DNA from: Amoebidium appalachense | Taxonomy: Eukaryota; Protista; Ichthyosporea | Assembly (NCBI GenBank): GCA_963693365.1 | Contig: CAVNZM010000009.1 | Coordinates: 9,405,408 to 9,469,407, forward strand | DNA length: 64,000 bases | Direction: 5' to 3' | Part shown: piece by piece, positions 1 through 21,200 of the stretch | Layout of the letters: each line of letters starts with the position of its first letter | Numbering within the stretch: the stretch's first letter is position 1 | Program-made: the position numbers and the translations under genes | The notes under the pieces: generated by a model | What the model saw: only the letters and a program-made list of their open reading frames with translations | What the model was told of the DNA's origin: nothing | Databases searched by the model: none

Positions 1-238
1 TTTTCATTTTACACTCCAGGCAGGTGTACTTTCGTTTGCTTTTTGTGTGACCCCACCCCCAACGACTTACCGTAGTGAAGGGCCAAAAAAAAAAAAAAGA
101 AAGAAAGGACAAGAAAAGAAAAGAAAAAGGAGGAAAGGAATAAACAAAATGATGGCTTCTGACATCTACACATTTTACACGCGTAGAAATCCCAATCCAT
201 CGACGACTCCACTACCTCAACACCTCGCAAGGGGTCAG

Positions 239-9100
<8,862 letters not shown>

Positions 9101-9522
9101 TGATGTGTTTGTATGCATGTATGTGTTTGTTGGGTGATTCTTTTATGGCTTTTTTTTGTGTGTGTGTGTGCGCGCGTGTGCGCGTGCGTGTGTGCTTGTG
9201 TGTGTGTGTGGGGGGGGGGGGGGGGGGGAGGGGGGGAGGGGGGGGATAGGCTGAGTTGGCTGTTCTGATATGGCGGTTGTGTTTAAGAACTGATTATTTG
9301 TAGAACCACTGAAAAGTAGGAATATTGGGCTGGGAAGACAATTTCGAAAGAGCACTCACAGAGAAGGGGCTGTGTCTGGAAGAGAGTTTGCACATTGCAC
9401 AGTTTACCATTTGCACATGACGTATTCTCTATTAGCAGGGGTAGAAATTATTGTCTGTATGTTTGCCAGCTTGCACATGTGCACACGCACACACGCACAC
9501 ACGCGCGCACGCACACACGTAT

Positions 9523-9607
<85 letters not shown>

Positions 9608-10152
9608 GACTCACTCGCTCGCTCGCTCGCTCACGTACATACACACGTACGCCAAAACGCCTAACACAGTATTAGTGTTTAACGCAGCCACATACACTTT
9701 GTATTCACTTATAGGGCATCATACTCGGGGATGCCCTATTCTGGTTCGGTAGCCTTCAGAGGTGTCGCACCTGGGCTGGCAACGAATTTTTTGTCCTCTT
9801 CATTTATTGTAGAACTACTGCTACAAGTATGCTTTGAATTGAAATCAAACAGGCATGTTTTTGCATGTGATGTCTATTTTTAGGTCGTTGTAGCTATTTA
9901 TAAAACTCGTGTACCGAATGTTTGGTATGGTCATCGCTTAGGCCCAGCTGCAGGTGCCTTGCAATTGTTTGGGGTGCAGTGGAAACGTGCACGTGGGTGC
10001 TGGCAGCTGGTTTGCCGGTGTACTACGTAGTACGTAGCCATATAAACCCAGCAAAAACGGTGTACTATGGGGTGGAAAGGAACAAAATAGAAACGATACT
10101 GCTTTTTTAGGTCTACCCGATTGGTTGATTTGACCAGATTCAAGGAGGCTAG

Positions 10153-10548
10153 CAGGGTAGGGATTATGAACGAAAATTGTCGTAATTACGATTAACGAGA
10201 GACCCCAATACGAATAAGGTTGGGGTGCCGTCGTAACAGCTTTCGTATCAGGTGTTTAGCGTAAAATATGCTCGACTATCTATTCTTGCCTATTTTTTCA
10301 ATTTTTCTGTTCAAGAACCTATCTGCAGCTCTCTTGCTGTGCAATATCGAGCCCCGACCAGTGCTCAGGGCCTGTAATCCTGCAATCCTCAATTTGTAAA
10401 AATGCGCATTTTGGAATTTTTGACTGGAGGGGCGTTTTCGACGGGGCTGAACACTTCACAAGAACCCCCCCATTACGATTAAGAAACAGTCCGTTACGAT
10501 TGGCACAAGGGCCATACGGTTAGGCTGGTCAACCCCAGCCCAACCCTG
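10153..10548. mobile_element. Non-autonomous hAT-type MITE (copy 1)
   Basis: Ends CAGGGTAGGG...CCCAACCCTG form short TIRs. 8-bp flanks GAGGCTAG/GAGGCTAA (7/8 TSD). A homologous inverted copy lies at 25578-25976. Confidence 0.85.
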
Positions 10549-11224
10549 GAGGCTAACAGCCGCTGATTGGCTTACTGACCGAAGCGGCTCATGGCCAGGG
10601 TTAGACAATACCCGGAAAATACCCTACAAAATACCCCACCCCGAAAACAAAATACCCCACTTGCTGAGGGGCGGGGTACTCTACCTTTGGCGACTAGGGT
10701 ACTATGGGGTACACAAGGGTTGAAGAATATACATACAAGGTTTTTGTGTCTGTATATGTCTGCTGGCTGCCTCTGTGAAGTTACCTACAATGTAACGAAC
10801 AAGCACTGTTTCTGGGGGTCTGTTCAATCCTGGATATTGAGGGCATCGATTACACTTGTCTATCTCTAATTTGAAATATCTCGTTCTATCGTCACAGACT
10901 GCACAGTGCCTATTTGGATTTCAATCGGTGCCACGGGCGGGCTCGGGCGGACTGGCCTGGGGCCCGCCCCGCCGGGGGAGAAGATGGGGGCCCCGGCCGG
11001 AGAGAGAGCCTCGGAGGGGAGTGGGAGGGGGGGGGTGTTGCAGGCCAAAGTGTCGTCCAGGCCAAAGTGTTGTCATCTCTAATTGAAATCCAGGTCGTCA
11101 AATTTGACTGATCCAGGGTGAATATCGGGCAGGCCAAAATGCACCCCCCCCCCCCCCCCCCCTACTAGCCTGGGTGACAGGGGGGTCAGAGGGTTTGTAT
11201 GTGGTGGGAGAAACACTGTGGGCG

Positions 11225-11264
<40 letters not shown>

Positions 11265-11465
11265 GGGGGGGGTAATAAAAAATCATTGTCGTAACCTTCT
11301 CCCCCTCCCCCTGCAGTCCGCGTCCGCGCGCAAAATACTGCGCTGACCAGTGCCGAGGTCATTATCTTAAATACTTAGTCGTTTTGAAAAGACTTCCAGA
11401 GTCCGTCTCTATTATCTTAACCCCCCCCCCCCCCCCCCTCCAGGCGCCCCAGTGGGTTCCTGCCA

Positions 11466-11501
<36 letters not shown>

Positions 11502-11564
11502 AAAGCGGACAAGCATCTAAGAGAGAGAAAGAGAGAGAGAGAGAGAGGGGGGGGGGGGGGGGGG

Positions 11565-11652
<88 letters not shown>

Positions 11653-12153
11653 GAAGTATATTCAAGTACAGTTAGCAGAGGCTGTTTATCATGATAAAAA
11701 GCGGCCCTGCTACTGTTACATCTTGACTATTTGGCACCACACACCTACACGAGTAAGGGGCAACCCCTCCCCATTTGCCTCATAGACATCGGCATTGAGG
11801 TTTTCATCAACCTCTAGACCATTGAAATACTTTACGCGGAGAAGAAATCCCCTTTTCTGGGCACCCCCCACTGTGTGTTTGCATGCGTGTGTGTGTGTGT
11901 GCGTGTGTGCGTTTGTGCGTGTGTTTTAGGACACTCGCAAGTGTACATGATGCCTGTGCTCGTGCACTGGTGTGCGCGCAACTGTGTGTGAAGGAAAGAA
12001 TGGGAGGGGGGAGGCCCCGGAGAGAGGAGTTATTATTAAGCGGAGGGAAAGGGGAAGTATGTGGACACGTGTGCTTTGGGTTGTGCTTTGATTTTTATTA
12101 TTAATATTATATTTTTATTTTCATTAATTTTATTTATTTAAGTTTCTTTTTTT

Positions 12154-12240
<87 letters not shown>

Positions 12241-12421
12241 TTGAACCGGAATTTCATATAGCAAAGCCTGATCTCCCAACCCTATTTCACCCATTCAGTC
12301 CGTACATTTGTTATCACCAGATGCCTTTACACAAGCTCCACCTCAGTATTGTGTACTTTTCCTTAGATCTCTATCACAAGAGGCAGGGGAACACAGTAAA
12401 GCCAGCAAACCGTGTACGTAC

Positions 12422-13243
12422 CTACGAGCTTCAGCTCCTTCAGCCTTTCTTGAGCTGCCAATGCGAAGATCGTCTCCCTCATTCATATCCACCTGCACAC
12501 GTAGAACTTGAAGGTACAAGTTACTAAAGTTATCTTTCTAAGTAGAGCTTTCACCAATGCTTTGGGTTTCAAGGGCTCTCTTTTCAACAAACAACCGGAC
12601 AAGGCCTTGGCAATCACTAACAACAAACAGAGTAACCAGAGAAACAACTTGAAAGCGCCTATGCAGCACACGGTATTAGCCAACATCATAGAAAGATCAG
12701 GCACACAAAATGCCAGGCTTGCAGTAAAATGACTATGTACCAGCCTTGGGAAAACTTACGCATATAGCATTTGAATGCTCTTCTTCTGGTGAGATATGCG
12801 GTACTTTGCAATCTTCGCCGCCGTGTTTTCGCCTTTCAGACCGAGAATCTCTTCAATCATCTCCGCTTTTGTGAATAAGTGTACGACCCTCGCTCACCTG
12901 CTCCTTTATTATTTTTGCGCCGATCCACTTTGGGTTTGCCTTCCGCCAAATTTAAACTTTGGTTTATACGATCGAACTCCGCAGCAATCGCTTCTTGCCG
13001 TTCGATGTCCTCTTGGGACGGTGGGACAAACTCATGTGTGACGGACCCAACGTTGCTGGTAACGAGATGTGATTGCTGGTTAACACGTTTAGCCGCAGCA
13101 CAACTGGCTTTGTGGGTTGCCAGTGCACCGGCGTTACCGCAGGGATACCTGCAGCCTCGGCACGGAAACGTAGGTTCGGAAGAGTCTTCTGTAGAAATTA
13201 ACTCGCTGATAGTTTTGGCTTCTTCCACACTGTGCGCACTCAT
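12422..13243 (-). pseudogene. Degraded, intron-containing pogo/CENP-B-like transposase N-terminus with a C2HC zinc finger
   Basis: FPCRGCRYPCGNAGALATHKASC zinc finger. After a 1-nt frame fix: RGSYTYSQK-AEMIEEILGLKGENTAAKIAKYRISHQKKSIQMLYA. A GT-AG intron at 12759-12493 joins this to WI*MRETIFALAAQERLKELKLV, resembling the CENP-B N-terminal HTH. No DDE domain seen. Confidence 0.5.
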
Positions 13244-13731
13244 CGTTTTTTTACGGTCGTTCAGTTCGAACGAAAAATTCATCTTTGCCCCGTATTCAAA
13301 TACAGGGGGGGTTGTTAAGATTAGGAAGGCACTTATCAGTAATGCGTAAGGGAGGGTTGAAAGGTGCTTGTTAGCTATATGTAAGTCTCTTGATGCTCAG
13401 TGCATTTGCAAGGATGGGGGAAGGGGGCGAAGGATATCGATTGGAGGAAGGGCGGGAGGGAGCGAAGGATATCGATTGGAGGAAGGGCGGGAGGGGGGTG
13501 GGGTTGGGGTGGGGTTGGGGGGGGGGGGGGGGGGGGGGCGTTGAACAGAGGGTCAGAGAAGGAAGATACATACTGCGCGCGTGTGTGTGTGTGTGGGGGG
13601 GGGGGGGGGAGGGGGAGGGGGGGGGGGGGGGGGGGGGAGGGGGAGGGGGGGGGGGGGGGGGGGAGGGGAGGGGGAGAGACAAAGGACGTTTGGAAAGTTG
13701 GCTGGGTGCCTGGGCCGGAGGGGCCGGCGGA

Positions 13732-13763
<32 letters not shown>

Positions 13764-14151
13764 AGGGGGGACAACGAGAGGGATAATACGTCGAGGTTGG
13801 AGCTGGAACGAAAGCCCAGTTGCCTGTAGGCGGAGGAGACAGGCAGAGAGAGAGCTGGAAAGGTAGTGAGGGAGGGATGGGGAGGGGGGGGAGAGGGGGT
13901 AACTTCAAAGAGAAAGAGGGACCGGGACTCTCAGAGCATCGTGAGAGAGGGGAGAGAGAGAGAGATCTAGGGAGATAGGGGGAGAGAGAGAGGGAGAGAT
14001 AGAGAGAGAGAAAGAAAGAGAGAGAAAGAGCAAGGGAGAGAAAACTGCCTGAGAGAGAAAGAAACTGGGGGAGCTATATTAACAAGTGTGCGTCACAGAT
14101 AAAAAAAGAAATACATTGCACGTTGCAACCCGGAACTGTACAGGGAGATGG

Positions 14152-14427
14152 CTAGTCACACTCCCGGTTCCCCCCCTTCATGGTAGTAAGATATTGCCAC
14201 ACGCTGGACTTCCAGGCCTTCGGCACCTCCGGATCCTCCAACATCTCCTCAGGCTCCAGCCACTTATCACGCACAGCTACTGCCTCTTCCTCGGTAGGTG
14301 CCTCACCGATGTGTCCTTTTCTTTTGTTTTTGGGTTCCACAAACGGACGCGGTAATACGAGAAGTGTGGGTTCTTTTTCAATTAAATTCCGATATTCCAC
14401 ACCCCAGCATTCACTTCTTCTTCTTCT

Positions 14428-14471
<44 letters not shown>

Positions 14472-14923
14472 GTTTTTGGAGGACCCAGTTGCGCTTTCAG
14501 CCCACTGTTTCCTTGTCTTTTCCCTCTCCACTTCGTTATAGTCATATTGCAGGTGGCCAAGGGATGCATTTGTTTTGATCTTGCGTGTAATAACACTTTC
14601 CTCCATCAAAAACATAACCATTCGATCGTAAACCACTGCCGCCGCCCGAGGATCGTCAAAATAGCTGAACAAAGGTTTAGCCACTTGAACTCCCATTTTC
14701 TGACCCGTCGGTCGAAATAGATGCCTCGATAACACTCCTCACCTCCCTCGCCACCCAAAGTACTACTGTAGCACCTCGAATTCTCAGCTCTCGCCATTCC
14801 AGTACTCATACCGCCAACAACGGCGCCAACAACTGCAATGCCACCATGAGTGAACACACGATCCTGGGGCACCACCTGATGCGAAATCCAGTCATGAGTA
14901 CAAGCAGCAGAACAGCCTGGCAA
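14152..14923 (-). CDS. AP2-domain DNA-binding protein fragment (frameshifted as assembled)
   Basis: Adding one G in the GGG at ~14692 gives YRGIYFDRRVRKWGVQVAKPLFSYFDDPRAAAVVYDRMVMFL...KTN, an AP2/ERF consensus. A second AP2-like helix HIGEAPTEEEAVAVRDKWL lies at ~14250-14310. Confidence 0.65.
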
Positions 14924-15383
14924 ACAACAATAGCATTATTGTGATGCATTATGAGTCCAAAGCGAGGCACAGATAAAAAGCTTAATCACTAATTGTGACC
15001 AGCTCGCGGCCATATAAGGCCGCCCGCTTCAGCCCATAATTATGACATTCATCTTGACACTGTACACAACGTAAGTCAGCGAAATAAATACTAAATTCCC
15101 CTGATAGACATTGCAGTGACCGGCCACAAAGCATATGGGGTTCGTGGTTTCACAATTTATTAAGACAGCGGATTATCGCAAAAGCGAAGAAAGCAAACTC
15201 GAGACATACACAAACACCGAACAGACGTCAACTTAGTGCATCCAAAATTGGTCTTGCACGGACACAATATAGACACACAGGGTGGTCATTCAGGCGCGCG
15301 CGCACCGTGACACACATGCACACACACACACACCACGACCCACACACACACGACCATATGTTGCCTGCCTTTTCCCACAATCC

Positions 15384-15438
<55 letters not shown>

Positions 15439-15988
15439 AAACAAAAAAAAAGAAAAAAAAAAAAAAGAAAGAAAGAAAGAAAAAGAAACAAAGCAATAGG
15501 AAAAAAGGAAGAAAGGAAGAAAGGAAAACAACCACTACCCGTGAGCACACACACATATACACACCCACGCACGCATACACACCCATACACACAGCCCTCC
15601 CAAAGGAATTGCTGCAACCGCCAGAAAGCACACAGGCACATGCTATAGGCAGCCACATCCAGTTTCGTAATCGTTAACATGGGAGTTCAGAAAAGAACAA
15701 AGAACACACTATGATATCTAGAATGTCATTTGTATAGCTGAACTAATATTAGTACTTCTCACTAACAGTGGAACGAAGAATGCACACATAAGCTAATCAA
15801 GCCACTCCCCGTACTTCTTTCTCTCTTCTCTTCTTTACTTCTATTTGACGCTTTTGTCGAGATATAAGGAGAAAATAAAAATCCTAAATACAGAAAATGT
15901 TAAAATCCGGATTTTAAAGGTCTGAAATTGGAATATATGGACTAAATAAGAATCTTTAAATGTAACCAAGGAATCTAGTACTATTTAA

Positions 15989-16062
15989 TGTAGAGACGGA
16001 TTACGGTTGATCCATTAGACTCACGAATTAATTCCTTGTAGGTTCGACTCCTACCCCTACAA
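15989..16062 (+). pseudogene. Degenerate mitochondrial tRNA, probably Met/Ile (CAU)
   Basis: Acceptor TGTAGAG/CCCTACA, T-arm GTAGGTTCGACTCCTAC, anticodon loop CTCACGA (one change from CTCATGA). Confidence 0.45.
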
Positions 16063-16171
16063 CATGTTTAAAGTATCATTAGCTCATAAAGCTCATTTGG
16101 TAAAGCAAAATTCTTACAAGATTACGGCTATAGGTTCAAGTCCCTGCAATACCTATTACACTAAAGATAAT

Positions 16172-16247
16172 TTATATCGTTCAATAGGATAGAGCTGAGT
16201 ACACTTCTAATTTACTAGTTGTAGGTTCAAATCCTACTATCAACTAA
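16172..16247 (+). pseudogene. trnR: Degenerate mitochondrial tRNA-Arg(UCU)
   Basis: D-arm GTTCAATAGGATAGAGC, loop CTTCTAA, T-arm GTAGGTTCAAATCCTAC; stems imperfect. Confidence 0.55.
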
Positions 16248-16273
16248 TTAGAAAACTGGATTAACAGCCTGAG

Positions 16274-16359
16274 ATCTCTGTCTCGAAATTGGTAAACGAG
16301 TACTAGTTGTATCGTAAGGGTGACGAATAGTATTATGAGTTCAAGTCTCATCAGAGATA
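16274..16359 (+). pseudogene. Degenerate class II mitochondrial tRNA, Leu-like
   Basis: Acceptor ATCTCTG/CAGAGAT, D-arm CTCGAAATTGGTAAACGAG, T-arm ATGAGTTCAAGTCTCAT; anticodon arm unreadable. Confidence 0.55.
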
Positions 16360-16370
16360 GCGGAGTATGG

Positions 16371-16453
16371 AGGATGATGGCTGAGTGGTCAATAGCATAT
16401 CACTGTAAATGATATCCTTTCTAGGTTCGAAGGTTCAAATCCTTCTCATCCTA
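16371..16453 (+). tRNA. trnY: Mitochondrial-type tRNA-Tyr(GUA) within the NUMT
   Basis: Acceptor AGGATGA/TCATCCT, anticodon arm TATCA-CTGTAAA-TGATA, long variable arm, T-arm GAAGGTTCAAATCCTTC. Confidence 0.88.
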
Positions 16454-16477
16454 TTCTTAATACTAAGACAAATCCAA

Positions 16478-16550
16478 GTGTAAGTAGATCAATTGGTTAG
16501 AGCATTAACTTGTCACGTTAACGGTTCTCCGTTCAAGTCCTATCTGAAGA
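16478..16550 (+). pseudogene. trnD: Mitochondrial tRNA-Asp(GUC) with damaged 3' half
   Basis: Anticodon arm TTAAC-TTGTCAC-GTTAA is intact; T-stem and acceptor do not pair. Confidence 0.65.
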
Positions 16551-16566
16551 TATGCGAATAGGATAG

Positions 16567-16639
16567 AGGTATTTAGCTAGATTGGTAGAGCATAATCCTT
16601 ACAAGATTACGGCTGTAGGTTCAAGTCTTGCAATACCTA
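16567..16639 (+). tRNA. trnV: Mitochondrial-type tRNA-Val(UAC) within the NUMT
   Basis: Acceptor AGGTATT/AATACCT, anticodon arm TAATC-CTTACAA-GATTA, T-arm GTAGGTTCAAGTCTTGC; 73 nt. Confidence 0.88.
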
Positions 16640-16764
16640 TTACACCAAAGGTAATTGATATAGCTCAATAGGATAGAGCAGGACTTCCAATGAAAATGTT
16701 ATGGGTTCAAGTTAGCACTGTTAAAATAGTAAGAACTTTTCAAGTCTCATCAGAGATACGTTAC

Positions 16765-16843
16765 GGGCATATAGCTTAATTGGTATAGCATCTGTTTTGC
16801 ATATACAGAAGATTATAGGTTCAAGTCCTATATATTATGTCCA
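16765..16843 (+). pseudogene. trnA: Mitochondrial tRNA-Ala(UGC) with small AT insertions
   Basis: Acceptor GGGCATA/TATGTCC includes the G3:U70 Ala identity pair. Anticodon arm TCTGT-TTTGCAT-(AT)ACAGA. Confidence 0.75.
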
Positions 16844-16938
16844 ACTATCAAGAAAATACGAAGAAGAGGCGATCTGGAAGCAAGCTCTCTTGAAAGAGTA
16901 AAAATAAAATAACAATTCAATAATAGGAAATAGAAAAG

Positions 16939-17118
16939 ATGTCAGTTTATTTTCATAATCAATATTTACCAATAGTGTGGTTAATAGTAGTAAGTATAGC
17001 TATCGCAGTAGTGTTAGTTATAGCATCATATTTTTTAGCGGTTCAAAGTCCTGACCCTGAGAAGGTATCAGCGTACGAATGTGGTTTTCAACCTTATAGC
17101 GATGCCAGAGAAAAGTTC
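16939..17118 (+). pseudogene. nad3: NADH dehydrogenase subunit 3, 5' fragment (NUMT)
   Basis: MSVYFHNQYLPIVWLIVVSIAIAVVLVIASYFLAVQSPDPEKVSAYECGFQPYSDAREKF: TM1 plus the diagnostic EK-SAYECGF-P loop, then similarity ends. Confidence 0.93.
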
Positions 17119-17564
17119 ACATCGCAGGCACTAACACCGGCGCTAGGCGGGGATCGTAGCACGCACTTTATTTTTCCCAAAAAATTCTGTCTGGGAAGCC
17201 AGGGCATCGGACTGAAACAGTTGGGGAATGTAAACCAGTTGGGAAACTGAAGCACACCGTACCCTGACAGATACTGATCTATCCCCTCACGTTGAACTTC
17301 ATACTGTCGTTCGCTTTTTGCGGGCTGAAAAAAAAAAGTAAAACGCAAAAAGGAGAGACAGCTCAGGCTCTCAATAAATTTGAGCCATCTGATTGGGCCC
17401 GCAATTCCCTCCCTGGAAAATTTTGGCCAGATGGAACGCTAGGCATCAGACTTGGGGTTTACACACTTTTTATTGCGTGGACATTGCCGGAGGCCCAGCC
17501 ACATTCGACGGCCTACTGCCTTTTCCAGCACAGCCAATCAAATGCAGCCAGTGACATATGTACA

Positions 17565-18176
17565 TGTTGTATAATATGATCGTGTGTCTGTGACAAACAA
17601 TATGTTTATAAATGAACGGGGTTGACTAGACCACGCTTTGCTTAGTTACGTGCTAGTCCTACTTACACCTAGTAAGCCGAGCACACTGAGTAAGCTCTGA
17701 AGCCCCCGACATGCCCTTATAACGGAGCTCGCACAGCGGCTCAGACATGCGCATCGGTATGTGCTTTTTGGCTACGAGAGCCAATCACATACGGTTCACG
17801 GTTCTGTCCCATGGCTATCACGGTTCCAATAAACCTATTGAGCCAATCGGGTGACAGTACTTGATTATCGATGCATTCCACAGTCATACCTCACGCGGCT
17901 ACTTGCATATTTTCCCATGATAAAACTATAACTTAACGCTCATGGTTCCTCTGCTACGTGTCGGTCCCATGTGGCTATTATATCTGTTTTCCCATGAATA
18001 ATCCTGCAAGTTGCACGTGCACATACGTTTAACTCCATGCTCATGCGCACAAGACTGGGAGGGACATGCATACTGGCCTACCTAAGATCAAACACAGTGG
18101 TATATATACATGTACACGTGTGCGTATATCTCAACCTGTGTACATCCATACTAGATATCCGGTATAATATACCACA
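17565..18176 (-). repeat. Gypsy 3' LTR (612 bp)
   Basis: Near-identical to 23160-23771 by eye; the only difference seen is TATAATAC vs TAATATAC at one end. Confidence 0.95.
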
Positions 18177-18216
18177 CGCCCCACCGTAAAAAGAAGTATG
18201 TCGTCCTCGACATACG

Positions 18217-21200
18217 TCACCATGCTCCACACAATGAGTCAATGTATCCGTGGAACGATGCAAGGTCACCTCTGCGTTGGTGGAACTCTCGGATCTTGTC
18301 CGGGCAGGCTAAGTCTTTCTCAGACTCCCAAGAGGTGAATGAATCATCTTTGCCTGCCCACTTGATCTGGTACCACTTGTAAGGGGTGGATTGCTTGCGC
18401 CGTTTCTGAATTCTTACGTCAAGCACCTTTTCCACCACCCACTCGTCCGGCAGAACCTTGTTGAAGTTGTGACTATCGCCCGTGTCCGGGAGGTGAGAGA
18501 GATCTTGAGGCCGAATTCTATTTTGCTCACTCAATTCAAGCTGAATATCGTCCACGTGCCACTTAGATTTCTTCATAGTTGCTAAGCTTCGGATCTCGTA
18601 CGTAACCGGGCCGACCCTTTTGACGATTTCGTAACCCGTAATCCACCGTACATCCCAGGCACCGATATTTTTGGCTTGATTCCGAACACGTATCCGTGCA
18701 CCCTTCTCAAATTCACGAGCCACCGAGGGGCCTGGGGGCTCTCGTACGGCACGTTGCTGGACCACAGCACGGAGCAGAGGCAGACGGGCTAGTAACTCTC
18801 GCCGGTATGCCTTCCACTCTGGGTCCTTGAGTGCCGGGTGGTTACTGTTAAGAAGGGCAACGTCAGGGAATTGTGTTGCTTCTTGCCCGTACACAAGATA
18901 ATACGGTGTACATTGCAAAATTTTGTGTGTTGTTGTGTTGTATGCATGTGTAACCACCGGCAACAGAGTGTCCCAATTAGTGTGCTCATAATTAACGTAC
19001 TTTGAGAGTGCATTATTAATAAATCTATGAGACCGTTCATTGGAACCGTTGCTTTGTGGGTGATATGCAGAGGTGCTCACTTGTGCAATATTTGCTATAC
19101 GGCAAATCTCAATAATTAGCTCATTGAGAAATTCTGAACCCTGATCACTCAAGAGTGTACGAGGGGGGCCGTGTATATAGCAAATTACATTCATGAGTGC
19201 ATGTGCAACATTAACGGCATGCTTAGATTGGATGGGCACAGTGATTAAATACTTCGTTGCCATATCCATAAACACACAAATGAAAGTATTACCATTTTTC
19301 GTTTCTGTGAACGGACCCATAAGGTCAACAGAAACACGAGAGAACATTTTTAAATTTTCGTACCTCTGTTCAAATGGCCTACTTCTCAAGTGTGGGTTAT
19401 CGTTACGGCCTTGGCACTGTGTGCAGGCATTCACATAAGCAGTGATATCTTTGTGCATGCGGGGCCAATAATAATTGTATAATCTTTCGTAAGTTCGTTC
19501 AATGCCAGTATGAGCCCCCCGTCGTGCACACTTCTTAATAAATCAGCACGAAGGATTTCGGGCACATACAGGCAACGACGACCATCCTTAGCCACATGAT
19601 AAAGCACGTCATCCTCTATCACACACATTTGTGCTATTTTCTTAACCTTTTTGTATCCGAAATACTCAAGATTAAGACCGTGTGCAGCTCGTTCCCCCCC
19701 TGCCTGCCATTCCCGTTTGGCCTCGGCATCGAGGGAGGCAAGCCACCGTAGCCACGTGATTATATCCTTACACATTTTGTCCCCCCCTGTGCCATCATAA
19801 TTGCTTCCTTCTGATAGCCGGCACCACCGAGTGCAGAAAGGGAGGGCAGGCCGGCTTGACTGAGTGCAGAAATTTGTGCACATTTCAAGCGGTCTGGATC
19901 GAAAATGTGTGTGAATTCGAGTGCATCGCCCCAATCAACAAACACTTCGGCTGGTTGCGAGCTAAGCTCGGATAAATCTGCTGTGAGAACCTCTTGTAAT
20001 TCCTTTTTCACATCCCACCTTTCCAGTGTTATGTTTTCGTTCTCATGCAGAATATATCCTATACGGCTTAACCCATCAGCATCGTGCATGGTAGGGCCAG
20101 GACGGTAGTATAGATCGAAATCATACTCCTGCATTTCCAAAGCCCACCGTTGCATCCGTTCGTTTGCTATCCGTTTGACACCTTTAAGAGAAAGACAGGG
20201 CTTATGGTCACTTTCCACAATTGTATTTACTCGACCATACACGTACACCCTAAACTCTTTCAGTGCCCAATAGATTGCATGCGTTTCTCGTTCGATGTTG
20301 CTCCACCTACGTTCGGTAGGTTGAAACACCCGGGAGGCATATGCCACCGTGCGGAACTTGCCATCATTTTGTTTTTGATACAGGCAAGCCCCTTCCGAGA
20401 ACCGACTAGCATCACAACGAATAAGAAACTGACCCCCCGTGGGGGAAAGATCGGGCAGGGCAAGCACTTCCTCCGATAACGCCGATTTTAAATCTTTAAA
20501 CGAGCGATCTAATTCGTCCGTCCATTTTAACCGTCGGTGTTTTTCTCCGTAACACTCGGCATTCATGGGTCGGGCTCGCTCTGCATAATTTAAAATGTGG
20601 CGGCGGAGATAGGAAGTAATACCCAGAAAACCCCGGAGTTGGTGTAGTGTGTTTGGTACCGGCCAATCTTTTACTGCCTGAACCTTTTTCGGGTCGGGCC
20701 GAATGCCATTCACACCTACAATCCAACCCAAAAACGGTATTTCCGTTAGCCCAATGTATGTCTTTGCCCCATCGAGCTTAACACCATATTCACCAAGACG
20801 GGTGAAAAGTCGGTCAAGCTTCTGTATTAATTCTTGTTCGGTGTGTGCACCCACAGCTTAATCATCGGCATATATCACCACGTCATCGGCCAGAGGGGCC
20901 AAAATCTGTGTCATGATAGATGCTAGCTGGGACGGGGAAGTACTGAGCCCCTGTGGTGCCACACAATAACGATACTGCACACCAGCCACAGAAAATCCTG
21001 TTTTTTCACGTGACTCAGCGTCTAGCAGTATTTGGTAAAAGGCACCCGACATATCAGCTTTACAGAAATACTTATACCCAGCCAACTTCTCTATTTGTTG
21101 TTGCAAGTTGGGCATGGGCCAGGCAGATTTTCGAATTTGCTTGTTAAGAGCACGAAAATCAGTCAGCAGACGGTATTTTCCGTTTGGTTTTCGTATTACG

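Larger units (their letters stand above)
15989..17118 (+). other. Nuclear mitochondrial DNA insertion (NUMT): tRNA cluster plus 5' half of nad3
   Basis: Abrupt AT-rich, microsatellite-free segment with about 10 closely spaced tRNA-like units (GGTTCAA/GGTTCGA T-loops) followed by a truncated nad3. The left boundary may extend to ~15860. Confidence 0.88.

Noticed and set aside
10580-11130. Short motif repeats (ATACCC/GGGTAC; GGATTTCAAT/ATTGAAATCC) suggesting more MITEs
   Set aside because: No clear termini, TSD or second copy in the window.
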